In this document: positions 27,601 through 36,602 of the stretch, one piece after another
Position numbering within the stretch: position 1 is the first letter of the stretch
How the letters are laid out: the number at the start of each line of letters is the position of its first letter
IMG/VR virus record: IMGVR_UViG_3300044674_003315
Location: 1 to 39,692 of that record
Reading direction: 5' to 3' (one strand)
Source: a virus
Lineage: Duplodnaviria > Caudoviricetes
Length of the DNA: 39,692 bases
The notes under the pieces: generated by a model
The model's input: the letters and a program-made list of their open reading frames with translations, nothing else
What the model was told of the DNA's origin: nothing
The model's database searches: none
Position numbers and translations under genes: made by a program

Positions 27601-30002
27601 TCACGCGAGAGCGTGACCGCGCCCGTGTCGGATGCGGTCGCTAGTTCGCCCGTGAATGCGAGGCTTTCTGTTTCGGTTGCCGTAGATTGGAGGTAATCCT
27701 GCACGTCCACCATGGCTTGCGCCTCTCGCTCGGTAGCCGCTTGCCGCAGATCCTCACGCAAAGCCAATGCTGCTTCGTTAGAATCAACTGATAGCGATTC
27801 GCCAGACTCCAGCTCGACGCTCCAACCATCGGCATCGCGCGTGACTTGCCGCACCCCAGCCGCAGAATTGATAGCGGAATTGATAGCGGGATCATCTAGC
27901 CCTCCTTGAATATCCTTGATTGATTCGGCCCCTTCACCGACAACCGATATTTGCACCTGTTGGCCGTCAAAGGCGAGTTCGCCAGATGGTGTGTAAAAGT
28001 CGATGCGGTCTTCTTTATAGCGGCCAGGAATCGTATCGTCATATCGCGCAGAAAGTTGAGTTCCATCGGGGAGCGTGACAAGTAAGTCAGTGGTTTGCTT
28101 GGGTTTGATCCCGAGCTTGCGCGCCGTCTTGCGTGAGAGCGCGACCGAGAGCCCTTCTTCGAGCTGATTGTTCGCGTGACCGATGCCGTTGATCGAGTTG
28201 GTGTCGCCGTAAGGGTCAGCGTCATAGCCGTACTTTGTGGCTTGCGCCATGACTGTTCGACCAGTCCCTTGCTGAGGAATCGCAGACGGATCATAGCTAC
28301 CGAAGAACCCCGCACCTAATGCCGCAGGGATGATCATTGAAAGAGCCACGTCGGGCGCTTGGTCTTTGACTTCCTGCCAGATCTCCGCCCAATCAACATC
28401 AGGCATATCGGCCCCTAAACCCTCGAAGATATCTTGAACCGCAGCAGATACGCCAGGGTCCTGAAGTAATTCGATGCCTGTCTCAGCGCCGACGATAGCA
28501 GCACCCTTAGCGAGCGACTTTAGAGTCTTGTTCGATAGAGGATTCTTTCGTTGAGCTAGTTTCTTGAGCGCTCCCCCGATGCCGGGCACTTTCTTGAACA
28601 GTCTTAACTGGAATTTATCTAGAGCCACTTGCCCCGCTGCCGTGTAAACAGAAGCTTTCCTGGCGTCATCGCGTGAAGCACCCGCAGCAACCAGCTTGTC
28701 TTCTGCTTCAGATTGGAAAGCTAGCGCGATCGCCCCGACACCAACAAACGGAACCATATAGCTAGCCATTGAGGTCACGGTTTCAGCACCGCCATAAAGA
28801 ATATGTGCCCCCCACCAATCTTTGCGGACAGGATCGAGAATCCCCTTATCCGCATCTCGGATTTGTTGCAGCACCAGCCGCCCTTCCCGGAGTCGGTTCT
28901 GAGCGTCGTTTGCTGCTTGAGCCTGCTGGGCAGTGAGCTTAACGCGCCGACGACCTTTGGCGAATTGCGCCGCGTCGCCAAGCAAGCTAGCCCCTGGTGG
29001 CCTAGACAATTCTGTTTGACGTTCTAACGCCATTTCGTCGGGGTTGCCGATCAGATCCTCGAAGACTTCCTGCCCTTCCTTGAATGGAAGCTGCGCTTGT
29101 TGCTGGATGCTACCCGTAACCCCTGACGCCAAGCGCAAGAGTTGGCGACCCACGCTTTCACCAAGTTTCTCACCAACGCCTTTATCTTTCCCTCGCTCAT
29201 CGCCAGCAAGATGCTGAACCATGTTGTAAGTCAGCGCAGTGTCAGCAGGATGGAGCCCCATCATAGGGGCAATAGCCGTCTCGATAGGCTCGCCATTCTC
29301 TACAGCGTTGATGATCTTGTTTGCACGAGAGAGAGCTAAGTCTCGTCGTTGTCGCTGGACTCGGAACGCAGCTTTAGCTTCCTCGCTCCATTGGCTAAGT
29401 TTGCCTGCTGGGATGTTCTTGGAGTTGGCAGTAACCCAATCGAGGAAAGTCTCAGTACCTCCAGATCTCCGATTGTTCGACGGGTCGTGAGCTGCCTCTA
29501 TAATCGCGCTGTATAAAGAGTTCTCATCGGTGTATTTGAGCGCCTGGTTCTTACGATCTTCCTGGAAAGTCTTCGTGATATACGCATCAAACGCCGCGTC
29601 ATCCGTGCCGAGATCAGGCCGCTTGAGCTGCTGGCCTAGCCGCGTCCGGTAGGCTTTAGGATTGCTAGCCACGTCTACAGGATCAGCATCCCCAAACATC
29701 GACGAGAGCACAGAAGCCCGCTGGAACTCTCGGAACTCGGTAGCGTCACGCCATGAAGCCGCCTTGCCGTCACTGTGCTTCTTCCAGCCTTCCTCACCGT
29801 CCAGCCAGATTGATTGCGTCTTATCCCGCTGGTTAACGATTTCTTGAGAGCGGGATGGAAACAAAGGCAACCCCGCCGCTTCCTGCGCTTGTCGGTAGGA
29901 TTCGAGCTTGGTAGTCGCAACCGCGCGTTGGTCCTCTGTGAACCTTGGTAAGTTACGGCGAACAGTCAGCGCCTCGCGTTCTGTCAGTAGAGTGTCAGCC
30001 AT
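21642..30002 (-). CDS. Giant internal virion (ejection) polyvalent protein
   Basis: 2786 aa in the T7 gp16 position. Contains a 3D-like domain (YDDT...RIDFY) and an ART-like block (AFHGTPH...GEGAQAYGWGLYFAE...NYVIFDD). Confidence 0.85.
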   Translation of the reverse strand: MADTLLTEREALTVRRNLPRFTEDQRAVATTKLESYRQAQEAAGLPLFPSRSQEIVNQRDKTQSIWLDGEEGWKKHSDGKAASWRDATEFREFQRASVLSSMFGDADPVDVASNPKAYRTRLGQQLKRPDLGTDDAAFDAYITKTFQEDRKNQALKYTDENSLYSAIIEAAHDPSNNRRSGGTETFLDWVTANSKNIPAGKLSQWSEEAKAAFRVQRQRRDLALSRANKIINAVENGEPIETAIAPMMGLHPADTALTYNMVQHLAGDERGKDKGVGEKLGESVGRQLLRLASGVTGSIQQQAQLPFKEGQEVFEDLIGNPDEMALERQTELSRPPGASLLGDAAQFAKGRRRVKLTAQQAQAANDAQNRLREGRLVLQQIRDADKGILDPVRKDWWGAHILYGGAETVTSMASYMVPFVGVGAIALAFQSEAEDKLVAAGASRDDARKASVYTAAGQVALDKFQLRLFKKVPGIGGALKKLAQRKNPLSNKTLKSLAKGAAIVGAETGIELLQDPGVSAAVQDIFEGLGADMPDVDWAEIWQEVKDQAPDVALSMIIPAALGAGFFGSYDPSAIPQQGTGRTVMAQATKYGYDADPYGDTNSINGIGHANNQLEEGLSVALSRKTARKLGIKPKQTTDLLVTLPDGTQLSARYDDTIPGRYKEDRIDFYTPSGELAFDGQQVQISVVGEGAESIKDIQGGLDDPAINSAINSAAGVRQVTRDADGWSVELESGESLSVDSNEAALALREDLRQAATEREAQAMVDVQDYLQSTATETESLAFTGELATASDTGAVTLSRDGEVTRILDDPRSMETMRAELDALATGDAGAVGREIVAAVNGLNVVETREGVATLASQVFQGGGIKAQIHETVEARFRALLANGTITEGESLSFVQGIEEATGEKFIKGEATPDAIREAVSEIAVADFVSRRKSDKRLPGNAITAGLEEMIRSAASPAEAKALGKFRAFLRAARAFFKDVFKAAAALKRARAEGKLENEQEFLDQLLGLEPQRQHNEAVVKEADPDYIPPTAEEEADGIAFSISTEQSPTGDGPTVTIAPVRKDNLDAAMALRNKMADGTGVWNKSSKRANVSVGRTQIQTTPETQLIEGGDVSVIGPASFSISAFHGTPHEVDKFSTKNIGTGEGAQAYGWGLYFAESEDVAKGYQKALSANIATIDGEKTPQDWGEITGLSSLSGAALRSTNGNKQVALKKLKERLSKAKRRAELRGTDGSVSVVKQAIAELEAFNQSRLNIKQGSLYTVDLNVEQDELLDWDQPLSEQSELVRKAIGYVERNLDAEVALLKKAKEEGWIDSERWKREEKKMYETIDAAAEFSGKDGAEYYRDFLPRGGGKEASEALAAAGIKGIKYLDGNSRSDGEGSYNYVIFDDADIEITEENGNPATQEAFSVSSEEYLERVAQRVQDQGITFSVSLIPDDATMGGDGAFDVEDDSLNGGTYDVEGTKAWMGPTGLLVPVGEGNTHNLEAYEQLVGESPQDSLYEILKDNDLDWPETGDPSEIDFDEIENEGERENAISLAAMIEHSDDLQAFDIAIDQGWVAVRQKGNKLYAQGDKLSRKQESNLKDLAMFHEWEFIDDTSGALPKAGLGSSFSISSEEYLERVAQRVAGITRAPKERLEAFERSRARLSDLASSLRSEDNVSKALSKNAIRKEKQIRKAADIEERVERIHEANPILEQEDLASLRSNPLIESLALKSKGPVRLNILSRSRAARRPGFGGMHGDYDGSHAIPGHLFGGTDASSAPDIVAQSAFDSGLIASPTPDALWQEIERAMREAATNKESLSVARQEIASAKRIAQKEADAWEAEQLATLPRRQKNTATKDLETGIRSLDALLLGLPAEIRAKVGGFSKMAKLRTNEAREAHLREKVERADRELERYLVEQYREDLTTILDKATPKMKGGERPSGNLGEAGHRFFDQVREVAGLTEAEIEAERAKVATLQQEEENIESAERMADLFEQEQILDAFGGALTHMDAAGLAQALYQAQSVFTENRNKWRMVEEQRLKEVADLRSEIISKLGQPTVRKKLAEIRKRDSKLKRLDDTAMGFISWVQTLEAILGVNHPLVKRWNEAVGDAQAQKTDAMIVMNKRLERVVREAIGGKASQLDAMQWMWDLNNKPAVTVSIKRGSNEDGSRAQTGRRVPVDVALRVIEDSQQATTLGFTPADVGALKQLFETNKNEREFFALPGDYEPGTPELVELTEAEALTVSLLSLQDQYAENLEKWGYDQEVLAAIEESLSKEAKQIRQWMLNEYAEGWEPMNRVFSRMYGVALPQIGNYSPGNFEHIGADREMDAFGEGLMPTGGMRNGSLKTRKTHRAEPRIVSALGVYTSHVAQSEHFQAFAELTRELRGVFGHPAVKGAIKSSAGEEASGKVLKWIEVMESNGLQNPAGKDEATDKAKRLQGRLARIALAGKLGTLMVQSTAAMASSARIGQQAYWAGFARMMTGQGHYREFLNSPMIRRRIEAGASPAQRAAASRVMDRRPTRAAQGELWLMDLIGRVDGGFTAASGAIAYDYHLRQLTEAGMPETTAKAQAMREAEDVVRRTAQPVESTDKSLTELQPDAFARYFLLFASDARKNAAMVLEPLRRAMAPRQSRKRTRAKEILRDKDFWRAAMFTNVLAGGMAYLIRSAWWDMRDDDDYELFDDKHWSAWAALRAMSFAPLEGFPLVRDVVSSFKGGPLDGLDRALGQITTLLEDIFKRDLGSTPIERIERTAVATANASALLSERAVPVAVAANVFDQLFDVIDNTFDDSEEAGKKERARQRAE

Positions 30003-31529
30003 TTAGAAACCCAGGATCTTTAGAGCCCCATCGAAGTCATCGGCAGGGTCTGTTGACATGGAATCACCCTTGAGAGTTTCACCGAAGGCGCGGCCTTTCA
30101 CTTGGTCAGCGACCCAATCACCAACAGAGCCACGCTCGCGAAACCTATCGGGATCACGCTCGGATTCTTCTCTCAGCTTCATGCTCAGATCGCCATACCA
30201 TGCAGCCCATTCGCGCTCAGCTTCCGCCCAGCCTTCATCCCCTTCCTCTAGAAGCTCCCCTTTCTTATCGAACCAGAAAAGATTCTCTTCGTCTGGCGTT
30301 CTGCCCCCAAAGGCCCCATTGACGCGATAGGTTTCAAACACCTTAGAGAATTCGCGAGCGATTTCAGAACGCATCTTACCTTGGTCAGTCGGGCTCGTAT
30401 AAGGATGCTTGTCCTCTAAGGCATCAAAGAGAGGCTTGACAAGTTCTTGCCCTTGAGCCCCGCCGCCAATAGCAGCTAAATCTAGGCTGCTTTTGATCCG
30501 GTTATAAATCTCTCCTGTGGGATCTTGTTTCCTGTCGTAATTCTCGATTGCTGCTCGGCCTAACCCGATCGCCGCATAATCAATCGGCGCTTGCTCCGCT
30601 TCCAGTCTTGCGCGCTTTGAGCGATATCCGAGAATCTCCTCGATCTGCGCAGGCTTTAGGCGAGCGTCCTCACTGATCCTTATCAGATCTACCTCAGTAG
30701 CGCTGCCATCGATAATGCTATTAACTATTTCCTCAGTTGCTTCCGCTTGGAAACGATCCTGTGCCGTTCTTGCTTGTGACTTGAGCCGCAGATTATCCAC
30801 ATCATCAAGAGAAGGAAACGCGCCAGCGTCGATAGCCTCAGACACGCCGAAAGGATCAACCGAGAGCATTGACGCTGCTGCATTGAAATCAGCCTCACGG
30901 GCAGCCCTTAAATCGTCGGCTTCTTGTTTGGCCTGGTAGCGCTTCCCTTGCTCGGTGAGCCGTTGCACCTTGGCCTCGATCTCTGTAGGATGATAGCCCA
31001 TGGCTGGACCGTTCTCTTGCCAGGATTGAATCGCTCCTTCAAAGTCGCCTTCAGCCGTGTAGGCTGTTTCTCGATTGAGCAGCTCTTGCGTGCCAATTTC
31101 GGCCTGAGCCACCGCCGCATCACGGACAATCCTGGTTTTTGCCCGGTAGCCGAAGTTTGCTAGACGATCCTGCAACCGAGCTTGAGCCTCGGGCGGGAGA
31201 TCGCCAGTATCTAGCTGGTCTCTGAAATGAGACTCGCGCTCTTCGAAGCCCCGCACCCAATTGCCAGGATTAGGGTCCGTTAGCCGCTCGTTATTGTAAG
31301 CGTTGACCATGTCACCATAGTCGCGCTCTGTCCGCATGATCTGCGTCTCTACGGCTCGCTTCTGAATATCGATAGCCAGGGTTCCGAAAACTTCCGCGAG
31401 ATCGCCAAACCCTTGCCAAGCTTCACCTTTTTCTCCGACCTCCTGTGCAAGCGCGCCAGGGGAAACCCTAACACCTGACGCGCTTGCTGGTGGAGCGGAG
31501 GCGAACGAAATCTGCGGAATACGAGGCAT
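30003..31529 (-). CDS. Internal virion protein (gp15-like position)
   Basis: 508-aa helical protein with an MPRIP start; syntenic position. Confidence 0.7.
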   Translation of the reverse strand: MPRIPQISFASAPPASASGVRVSPGALAQEVGEKGEAWQGFGDLAEVFGTLAIDIQKRAVETQIMRTERDYGDMVNAYNNERLTDPNPGNWVRGFEERESHFRDQLDTGDLPPEAQARLQDRLANFGYRAKTRIVRDAAVAQAEIGTQELLNRETAYTAEGDFEGAIQSWQENGPAMGYHPTEIEAKVQRLTEQGKRYQAKQEADDLRAAREADFNAAASMLSVDPFGVSEAIDAGAFPSLDDVDNLRLKSQARTAQDRFQAEATEEIVNSIIDGSATEVDLIRISEDARLKPAQIEEILGYRSKRARLEAEQAPIDYAAIGLGRAAIENYDRKQDPTGEIYNRIKSSLDLAAIGGGAQGQELVKPLFDALEDKHPYTSPTDQGKMRSEIAREFSKVFETYRVNGAFGGRTPDEENLFWFDKKGELLEEGDEGWAEAEREWAAWYGDLSMKLREESERDPDRFRERGSVGDWVADQVKGRAFGETLKGDSMSTDPADDFDGALKILGF

Positions 31530-32068
31530 TAGGTAAAGACTCCTTGTTTTTTGAAATCGTAGTAGCCTCGGCCAATTGAACTAGCAGTGCTCATGACTGT
31601 ACCGCGCGCGCGCGAATTCGCCACCGACTGGGCGAGCTCACCACCGAACAGCGTGGCGCGCCGCTTGTTCGCAAACCCTCGCCCACGATTCTCTGCCGCT
31701 TTGGCTTGATCCAAAATCCGAAGCTCCAAAAGCTCTTCGGATTCTTCCAGGGTATCGAGAGCCGATCCCTCGCTTCCGACGATCCCTGAAGCCCCAAGTT
31801 GAGACCTGATCTCGCCAAGCGCGCGCCCGTTGTGCCGACGCAATCGCGTCATGTTCTCAAGAGATGTTGAGCGATCCGCCGCCGCCTGGCCTTCTAGAAG
31901 CTTTGCGTTGTACTTCGCGCCCGCCTTAGCTGCTTTCCCTTGCTGGCGTTGCCCATAGTAGTTGACCGCGCCCGCTGCCGCCGTTGAGGCCAGGCTAAGC
32001 GTCGCCGCGCCCGTTGCCGTTGACGCGTAAGATGCTACCGCGCCGATTGCTGGAATCACAAAAGCCAT
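31529..32068 (-). CDS. Internal virion protein (gp14-like)
   Basis: Ala/Gly-rich hydrophobic N-terminus and a GASGI...GSALD motif; syntenic position. Confidence 0.7.
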   Translation of the reverse strand: MAFVIPAIGAVASYASTATGAATLSLASTAAAGAVNYYGQRQQGKAAKAGAKYNAKLLEGQAAADRSTSLENMTRLRRHNGRALGEIRSQLGASGIVGSEGSALDTLEESEELLELRILDQAKAAENRGRGFANKRRATLFGGELAQSVANSRARGTVMSTASSIGRGYYDFKKQGVFT

Positions 32069-32466
32069 TAGGCCACCTCCTTCATTATTGGGGCCATGAG
32101 ATCAGAACCCACCGCGTAACCGTGTTTTTGCGCCTCGCGCTCCATGACGCGAGTTGAGACCCACCCGAGGATCTGCTTCACGCCTTCAGCCACACACACG
32201 CTGTGCGTGTGTTCCTCCAGCTTAGAGCAAGCTAAGCGCGCATCCGAAACAGACAATCCTGGGACAGTCATCAACCACTCCAAAAAAGCAATGGAGCCAC
32301 AAACATAAAGCCAGCACGCTGCGACCGGCTTATGATCGATCTCCAGCACATAACCGTCGCCAGATCCTAGCACCACCTCAGTGGGGCACACGCGCCCACG
32401 AGAAGACCACCAGGAAGCCAGTAATTCATAATCATTAGGAGAGTAATCTTGGATCACTGCGCTCAT
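32068..32466 (-). CDS. GNAT-like protein (gp13-like position)
   Basis: 132 aa with PVAACWLY...AFLEWL; lies between tail tubular B and the internal proteins. Confidence 0.6.
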   Translation of the reverse strand: MSAVIQDYSPNDYELLASWWSSRGRVCPTEVVLGSGDGYVLEIDHKPVAACWLYVCGSIAFLEWLMTVPGLSVSDARLACSKLEEHTHSVCVAEGVKQILGWVSTRVMEREAQKHGYAVGSDLMAPIMKEVA

Positions 32467-34916
32467 TTGCCTTTAGTCTTCCAGCGCGTGATTAGGCCCC
32501 TGATAGTGCAACACGTCGGCGAGTCGTGAATGATCGTTAGCGAGCCATCGAAAGTAGAACCAAAGTCCGCGCGAATTGATTGATAGCCCGTGTAGAGCGG
32601 CGGAGAATCATCCATGACCATTTCGAATTCCCGGAAGGGTATTGGTTGCCGCTTGCTGGTTGGCGTTTCTGCGAATTGACAGTTTAGCGTTTTGTAAAAA
32701 TCCACGACGATTTCTTGAATCGAAACCTCCGATCCTTGCGCAGTGCCGTTACTCCCGACCGCTTCCAGTTTGGTTGGCTGCAAGATTGCCGTGTAGGGAA
32801 GCCCAACCGCCGCCGAGGTTGCCGGGCATGAGAGCGAGATCTGCCCAGACTCAACCACGCGCGGAGGATGCACGGCACCATTGACGAGGACGTGAACGGT
32901 TTCGCCTTCTAAATGAGATAGCCCGGTGAGCGTATTTGTTTCTGGCCCCGCGTAAGAGATCCCGGAATCGACAAAGAAGAGATTGTCTTTCTCCTCGTCG
33001 TCTTGTACTCGATACTGGCCGACAACGAAGCGCTCGATGTAGCGCATAGCCTCGCCGTTGATCTCACGCGCGACCGCGAGATAGACCTCATCTTCCTCAC
33101 TGTTAGTAGGCAGAACCGCGACGCTTTCAATGGTGCCTTGCGTCTCGATTGTGAACCAGCCCTTCACTGCCTGGTTAGGCTCCATGACCATGCATGCAAG
33201 TCTGCCAGAGCCGGTCACGACGTAGACGATGCTTTCCCTGTTCTGCTTGAAAGCAATCTGGCGAATCCCGCCGCTTGTGAGGTGCTCAGCTTCTATCGTT
33301 AAATCACTGGCCGAGTAGACCCCGCGCTCGTAGTCGTTTTGAAGGCCGCGCAAGATACGAGAGCCCGCTTGTGGGTACAGGGTGAAGTCGTCCGCCTCAA
33401 TGGGTTGCAGATCCGCCGAGCCCTTACCTGCTTGCCGGGGCGCGCGGATTCTTCCCGGTTGCAACGTCTTGTCGGCCTCACCGATCAGCGCGCGAACGCT
33501 ATCGCCCAGGCCGACCAGCAGCACGCGTTGAGCTGATAGCCATCTTATGGGCTCCTGGTTGCCCGTAAAGATGGTAACGCTGAAAGCATCATCCGCATTC
33601 GTTCCGCCGCCGCCGAATTCTTCGAAGTCATCGACGCGCGAGCCCCATACCGTTTGCGGTTTGGCGAGCGTGCCAGCCAAGATCAATCGCGATTCATGCA
33701 GCTTTACCTGAGAGGGATACCCGCGCCGAGGATTCCATTCGTTCTCGCTCCAAAGCTTTGTGGCACCCGTGGAGAATAAATCCTTTTCGACCGTCGCCGA
33801 TACGTTAGTTTTTGTCGAATACCCAGTGATTCTGGCAATTCCTTCCCGCGTCACCTCTCGCAGCGTGAGCGTCATGAGCGCGTTCTGAGGCGCGCCCGTA
33901 ATGGCAACAACGCGCAGCTTCAGAGGGTTGTCGGTTTCGTCGCCTTCACGCAGAAAGTTCTCCGCCCGATCCGTCGCCATTTGGTATCGGGTAATCCATG
34001 TGGTCCCGCCATCGGTTGATTCTTGAATCCACCATTCGCCTGACCAGGTGCCTTCTGTCTCCATGGTCCACGCTCCAAAAACATCCACGGCATCGATGCT
34101 GACAATACCGCGCTCAAAATGGGCCGGGTAATTCTCAGGGTCATTGTCGCCAGACACGTAATCGACGCCGCCCGTGTAATCTGCCAAAACAGTAAAAAGC
34201 GGTTGAAGGTTATTCCCCGTGGTAACATAGAGAATCTCGCCAGCAGCATATACTCCAGACGCAGGAACCCACGGGCGGCGAATTGCTTTTTGGTTTGTGG
34301 TTCTGAGACTCTCAGAAAATACTTGAGCTGGCTGAACGTGTCCGATCTTCAGTTTTGAACCGATAATCGTGGAATCGAAAACGCCAGTTGAGGCGATGAG
34401 GGTAATCGCGCCCGTGGTCGCTGACGCCGCGACCGTAGTGTCGGTTGCGTTCGTTTCCATGTAAGGCTCGCTCATCGGCTCAAACTCCGATAATGACCAA
34501 AGTGTGTCCGTGTCCCGCGATAGCTCCCGCGTCTTATGAGCAACGTGAGAAATGTAAATCACATCGTTAATAACATCAAATCGGAGCGAGGATAATTGCG
34601 CCTCAGTGTACGGAGTGGGAATTTCCGAGCCCGCCAAATAAGCACCAGAGCGCCAAAATCTGACGTAAAGGTCTCCAAACTCTAGGAGGTATGTAACCTC
34701 ATTCGTAAAGCGAAACGGCTCTAGCCTAACTGCTTTATCAGCATACTTTTGCGACCCTAGATACTCTAATCCTTGGCGCTTTCTCGCCGGGCCGTAAGGC
34801 GTTGGAATGAAATTAGAGAGCCGCCTACAAGCAGAGCTGTAGCGCTGCAACTGTACGCGCGCAGCCAACAGAGGCGACCACTCGCCCGCGTTGAAGTTTG
34901 CTTGTATGAATTTCAC
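32463..34916 (-). CDS. Tail tubular protein B (nozzle)
   Basis: QANFNAGEWSP.L..R, NFIPTPYG...R.G, LEFGDLYVRF, GYPS...HESRL and LSHLEGETV motifs. Confidence 0.9.
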   Translation of the reverse strand: MKFIQANFNAGEWSPLLAARVQLQRYSSACRRLSNFIPTPYGPARKRQGLEYLGSQKYADKAVRLEPFRFTNEVTYLLEFGDLYVRFWRSGAYLAGSEIPTPYTEAQLSSLRFDVINDVIYISHVAHKTRELSRDTDTLWSLSEFEPMSEPYMETNATDTTVAASATTGAITLIASTGVFDSTIIGSKLKIGHVQPAQVFSESLRTTNQKAIRRPWVPASGVYAAGEILYVTTGNNLQPLFTVLADYTGGVDYVSGDNDPENYPAHFERGIVSIDAVDVFGAWTMETEGTWSGEWWIQESTDGGTTWITRYQMATDRAENFLREGDETDNPLKLRVVAITGAPQNALMTLTLREVTREGIARITGYSTKTNVSATVEKDLFSTGATKLWSENEWNPRRGYPSQVKLHESRLILAGTLAKPQTVWGSRVDDFEEFGGGGTNADDAFSVTIFTGNQEPIRWLSAQRVLLVGLGDSVRALIGEADKTLQPGRIRAPRQAGKGSADLQPIEADDFTLYPQAGSRILRGLQNDYERGVYSASDLTIEAEHLTSGGIRQIAFKQNRESIVYVVTGSGRLACMVMEPNQAVKGWFTIETQGTIESVAVLPTNSEEDEVYLAVAREINGEAMRYIERFVVGQYRVQDDEEKDNLFFVDSGISYAGPETNTLTGLSHLEGETVHVLVNGAVHPPRVVESGQISLSCPATSAAVGLPYTAILQPTKLEAVGSNGTAQGSEVSIQEIVVDFYKTLNCQFAETPTSKRQPIPFREFEMVMDDSPPLYTGYQSIRADFGSTFDGSLTIIHDSPTCCTIRGLITRWKTKGK

Positions 34917-34930
34917 TCTTTAGGAATCTT

Positions 34931-35596
34931 CTAACTTGTGGCTGGGGCAGTTGTTAGAGGGATTGTCCTATCGTCCCCAAAGGATTCCAAGGAGCCGCGC
35001 GCGTTGACTAGCCCGATGCTGGTCTCTGCGTCGCGAAGAATCCTGCTATTTTCGCCTGAGCTATGCTCACGGGCGTCTTGCAACCAAGCCTCGTAAGTGT
35101 CTTCTTCTGCTTTCTGGAAAAGCGCGCCTTGCAACCTAGAGTCACCCGTAAGAGAAAGCGCCATTTTAGCAGCGAGATGCGTAGCGATGGCGTTGATTAG
35201 CAGGGGGCGCATCTTAACGGTAGGCGCATCGCTGACATACAGAATAGCCGTCGATTCGCAGTTGGTTAGGAGCTTGGTCCCCTCGATCATCCAGGAACGT
35301 TGAGGAGCCGCCGTATCCATCTCGGATCCTAGCCGAACTTCGATTATTTTAATCAGATCGCCGGGCAATTGAAATTGATACAGCCAACCGAAAGCCGGGC
35401 TGTTTACCAACCTGGCAAGACTCGCCCGCTTGCGAGCATCGCGCCAGTGATGACGCTGGATAACCTCGCGCCGAGTTTGCTCGAAATGTATTGAGCACAA
35501 GCGCCCCTCTTTTGTATCTTCCGACAGTTCCTTAATTCGCTGCTCACCCAAGAGTGCGAGCGCCAAGTTGCAAACTAGCGTGTTGCCGGTGTTCAT
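34931..35596 (-). CDS. Tail tubular protein A (adaptor)
   Basis: CNLALALLG...HHWRDARKR..L...FGWLYQFQLPGD motif. Start placed at ATG 35596, after the hairpin. Confidence 0.85.
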   Translation of the reverse strand: MNTGNTLVCNLALALLGEQRIKELSEDTKEGRLCSIHFEQTRREVIQRHHWRDARKRASLARLVNSPAFGWLYQFQLPGDLIKIIEVRLGSEMDTAAPQRSWMIEGTKLLTNCESTAILYVSDAPTVKMRPLLINAIATHLAAKMALSLTGDSRLQGALFQKAEEDTYEAWLQDAREHSSGENSRILRDAETSIGLVNARGSLESFGDDRTIPLTTAPATS

Positions 35597-35608
35597 CGTT
35601 GGGAAGAT

Positions 35609-35645
35609 GAGTCCGGGCGGCAGCATGGCACCACCGCCCAGACTC
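35609..35645 (-). terminator. Hairpin downstream of the major capsid gene
   Basis: GAGTCcGGGCGG...CCGCCCaGACTC inverted repeat, at the usual post-capsid terminator position. Confidence 0.5.
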
Positions 35646-35652
35646 TTGACTA

Positions 35653-35700
35653 TTAACGAATAGTTAACGAATAGTTAACGAATAGTTAACGAGTAGTTAA
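35653..35700. repeat. 11-bp tandem repeat (TTAACGARTAG)4
   Basis: Read directly; includes the capsid stop codon. Confidence 0.9.
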
Positions 35701-36602
35701 GCTGTTTCGTCACACGCGACCTCTACAACCTTCTTCTCTTCGAGGCGCGTAGCCCCGAACTGGGCTTTCCCGCGAAGCTGAAGAGCGTCGTTGAAGTCGT
35801 TTCTAATGGACAAGTTAAACGTTGGATCGACCCAGGTATCGAATTGGATGCCCGAAGTAACGAACGCAAAACATGATCGAATGTTAGCAGCCACCGCGAG
35901 CCGTTCTGAACGGATGACGTGGAAGCCAAGAAACTGATCGATCTCTCCACGATAAAGAGCCGTAAGCTCTCCCGCGTAATCGCTGGAAGTAACCTTCGCT
36001 TCGTCGTAGAGCGCGCGAAGCTGCTTAGAGCCGAGGACAATAAACGCCTTGTCCCCCATCTCTTCGGCGTCTTGCCCAAAAGCTTCGTTTGCCTCAAACA
36101 GCTCCTTAGCATCAAGCCACTTTTCCAGTGTCATGTTTGTGTTCGCGCCGCCGCCCGGATTGACCGCAATCTTCTGGGAAGCAGGAAGGACGACATTCGT
36201 GCCGCCGTTAACGCCAGTCTTGGCCGTCCCCAGAGCTGCCGCGATGATCAAATCATCCTTTTTGCGATTGATCCCAGATTTTATTTCGACAAATGTTTGG
36301 GACGTTGGCAACGACTGCTCCGCAAGAAGCTTTTCATCGAATTCGTCGAAGTGCTTAGGAGCGTGGAACTTGCTCGGATAAAGCGCTCGTTTCTCAACAT
36401 CGATCTCGGAGATTGCTGTTGCTTGAAGGCGCGCGGTGATCTCAGTCACCTCGATAGGACTGATTTGATCGTGATACTCTACCTCGCCGGTGCACCCGGA
36501 TTTTGTAGAGACTGCTTTTTCCAGGCGGGAGTCGCTTTGTTGCACGAGTCGCCGCCAAATGTTTTCGAACTTTGGCTGAAAGGCCGTTGTGATATCTGCC
36601 AC
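35697..36602 (-). CDS. Major capsid protein
   Basis: 301 aa, GTG start, with QQSDSRL, INRKKDDLII.AA.G, SSDY...L..GEIDQFLGF and GATRLEEKKVV motifs. Confidence 0.88.
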   Translation of the reverse strand: MADITTAFQPKFENIWRRLVQQSDSRLEKAVSTKSGCTGEVEYHDQISPIEVTEITARLQATAISEIDVEKRALYPSKFHAPKHFDEFDEKLLAEQSLPTSQTFVEIKSGINRKKDDLIIAAALGTAKTGVNGGTNVVLPASQKIAVNPGGGANTNMTLEKWLDAKELFEANEAFGQDAEEMGDKAFIVLGSKQLRALYDEAKVTSSDYAGELTALYRGEIDQFLGFHVIRSERLAVAANIRSCFAFVTSGIQFDTWVDPTFNLSIRNDFNDALQLRGKAQFGATRLEEKKVVEVACDETA

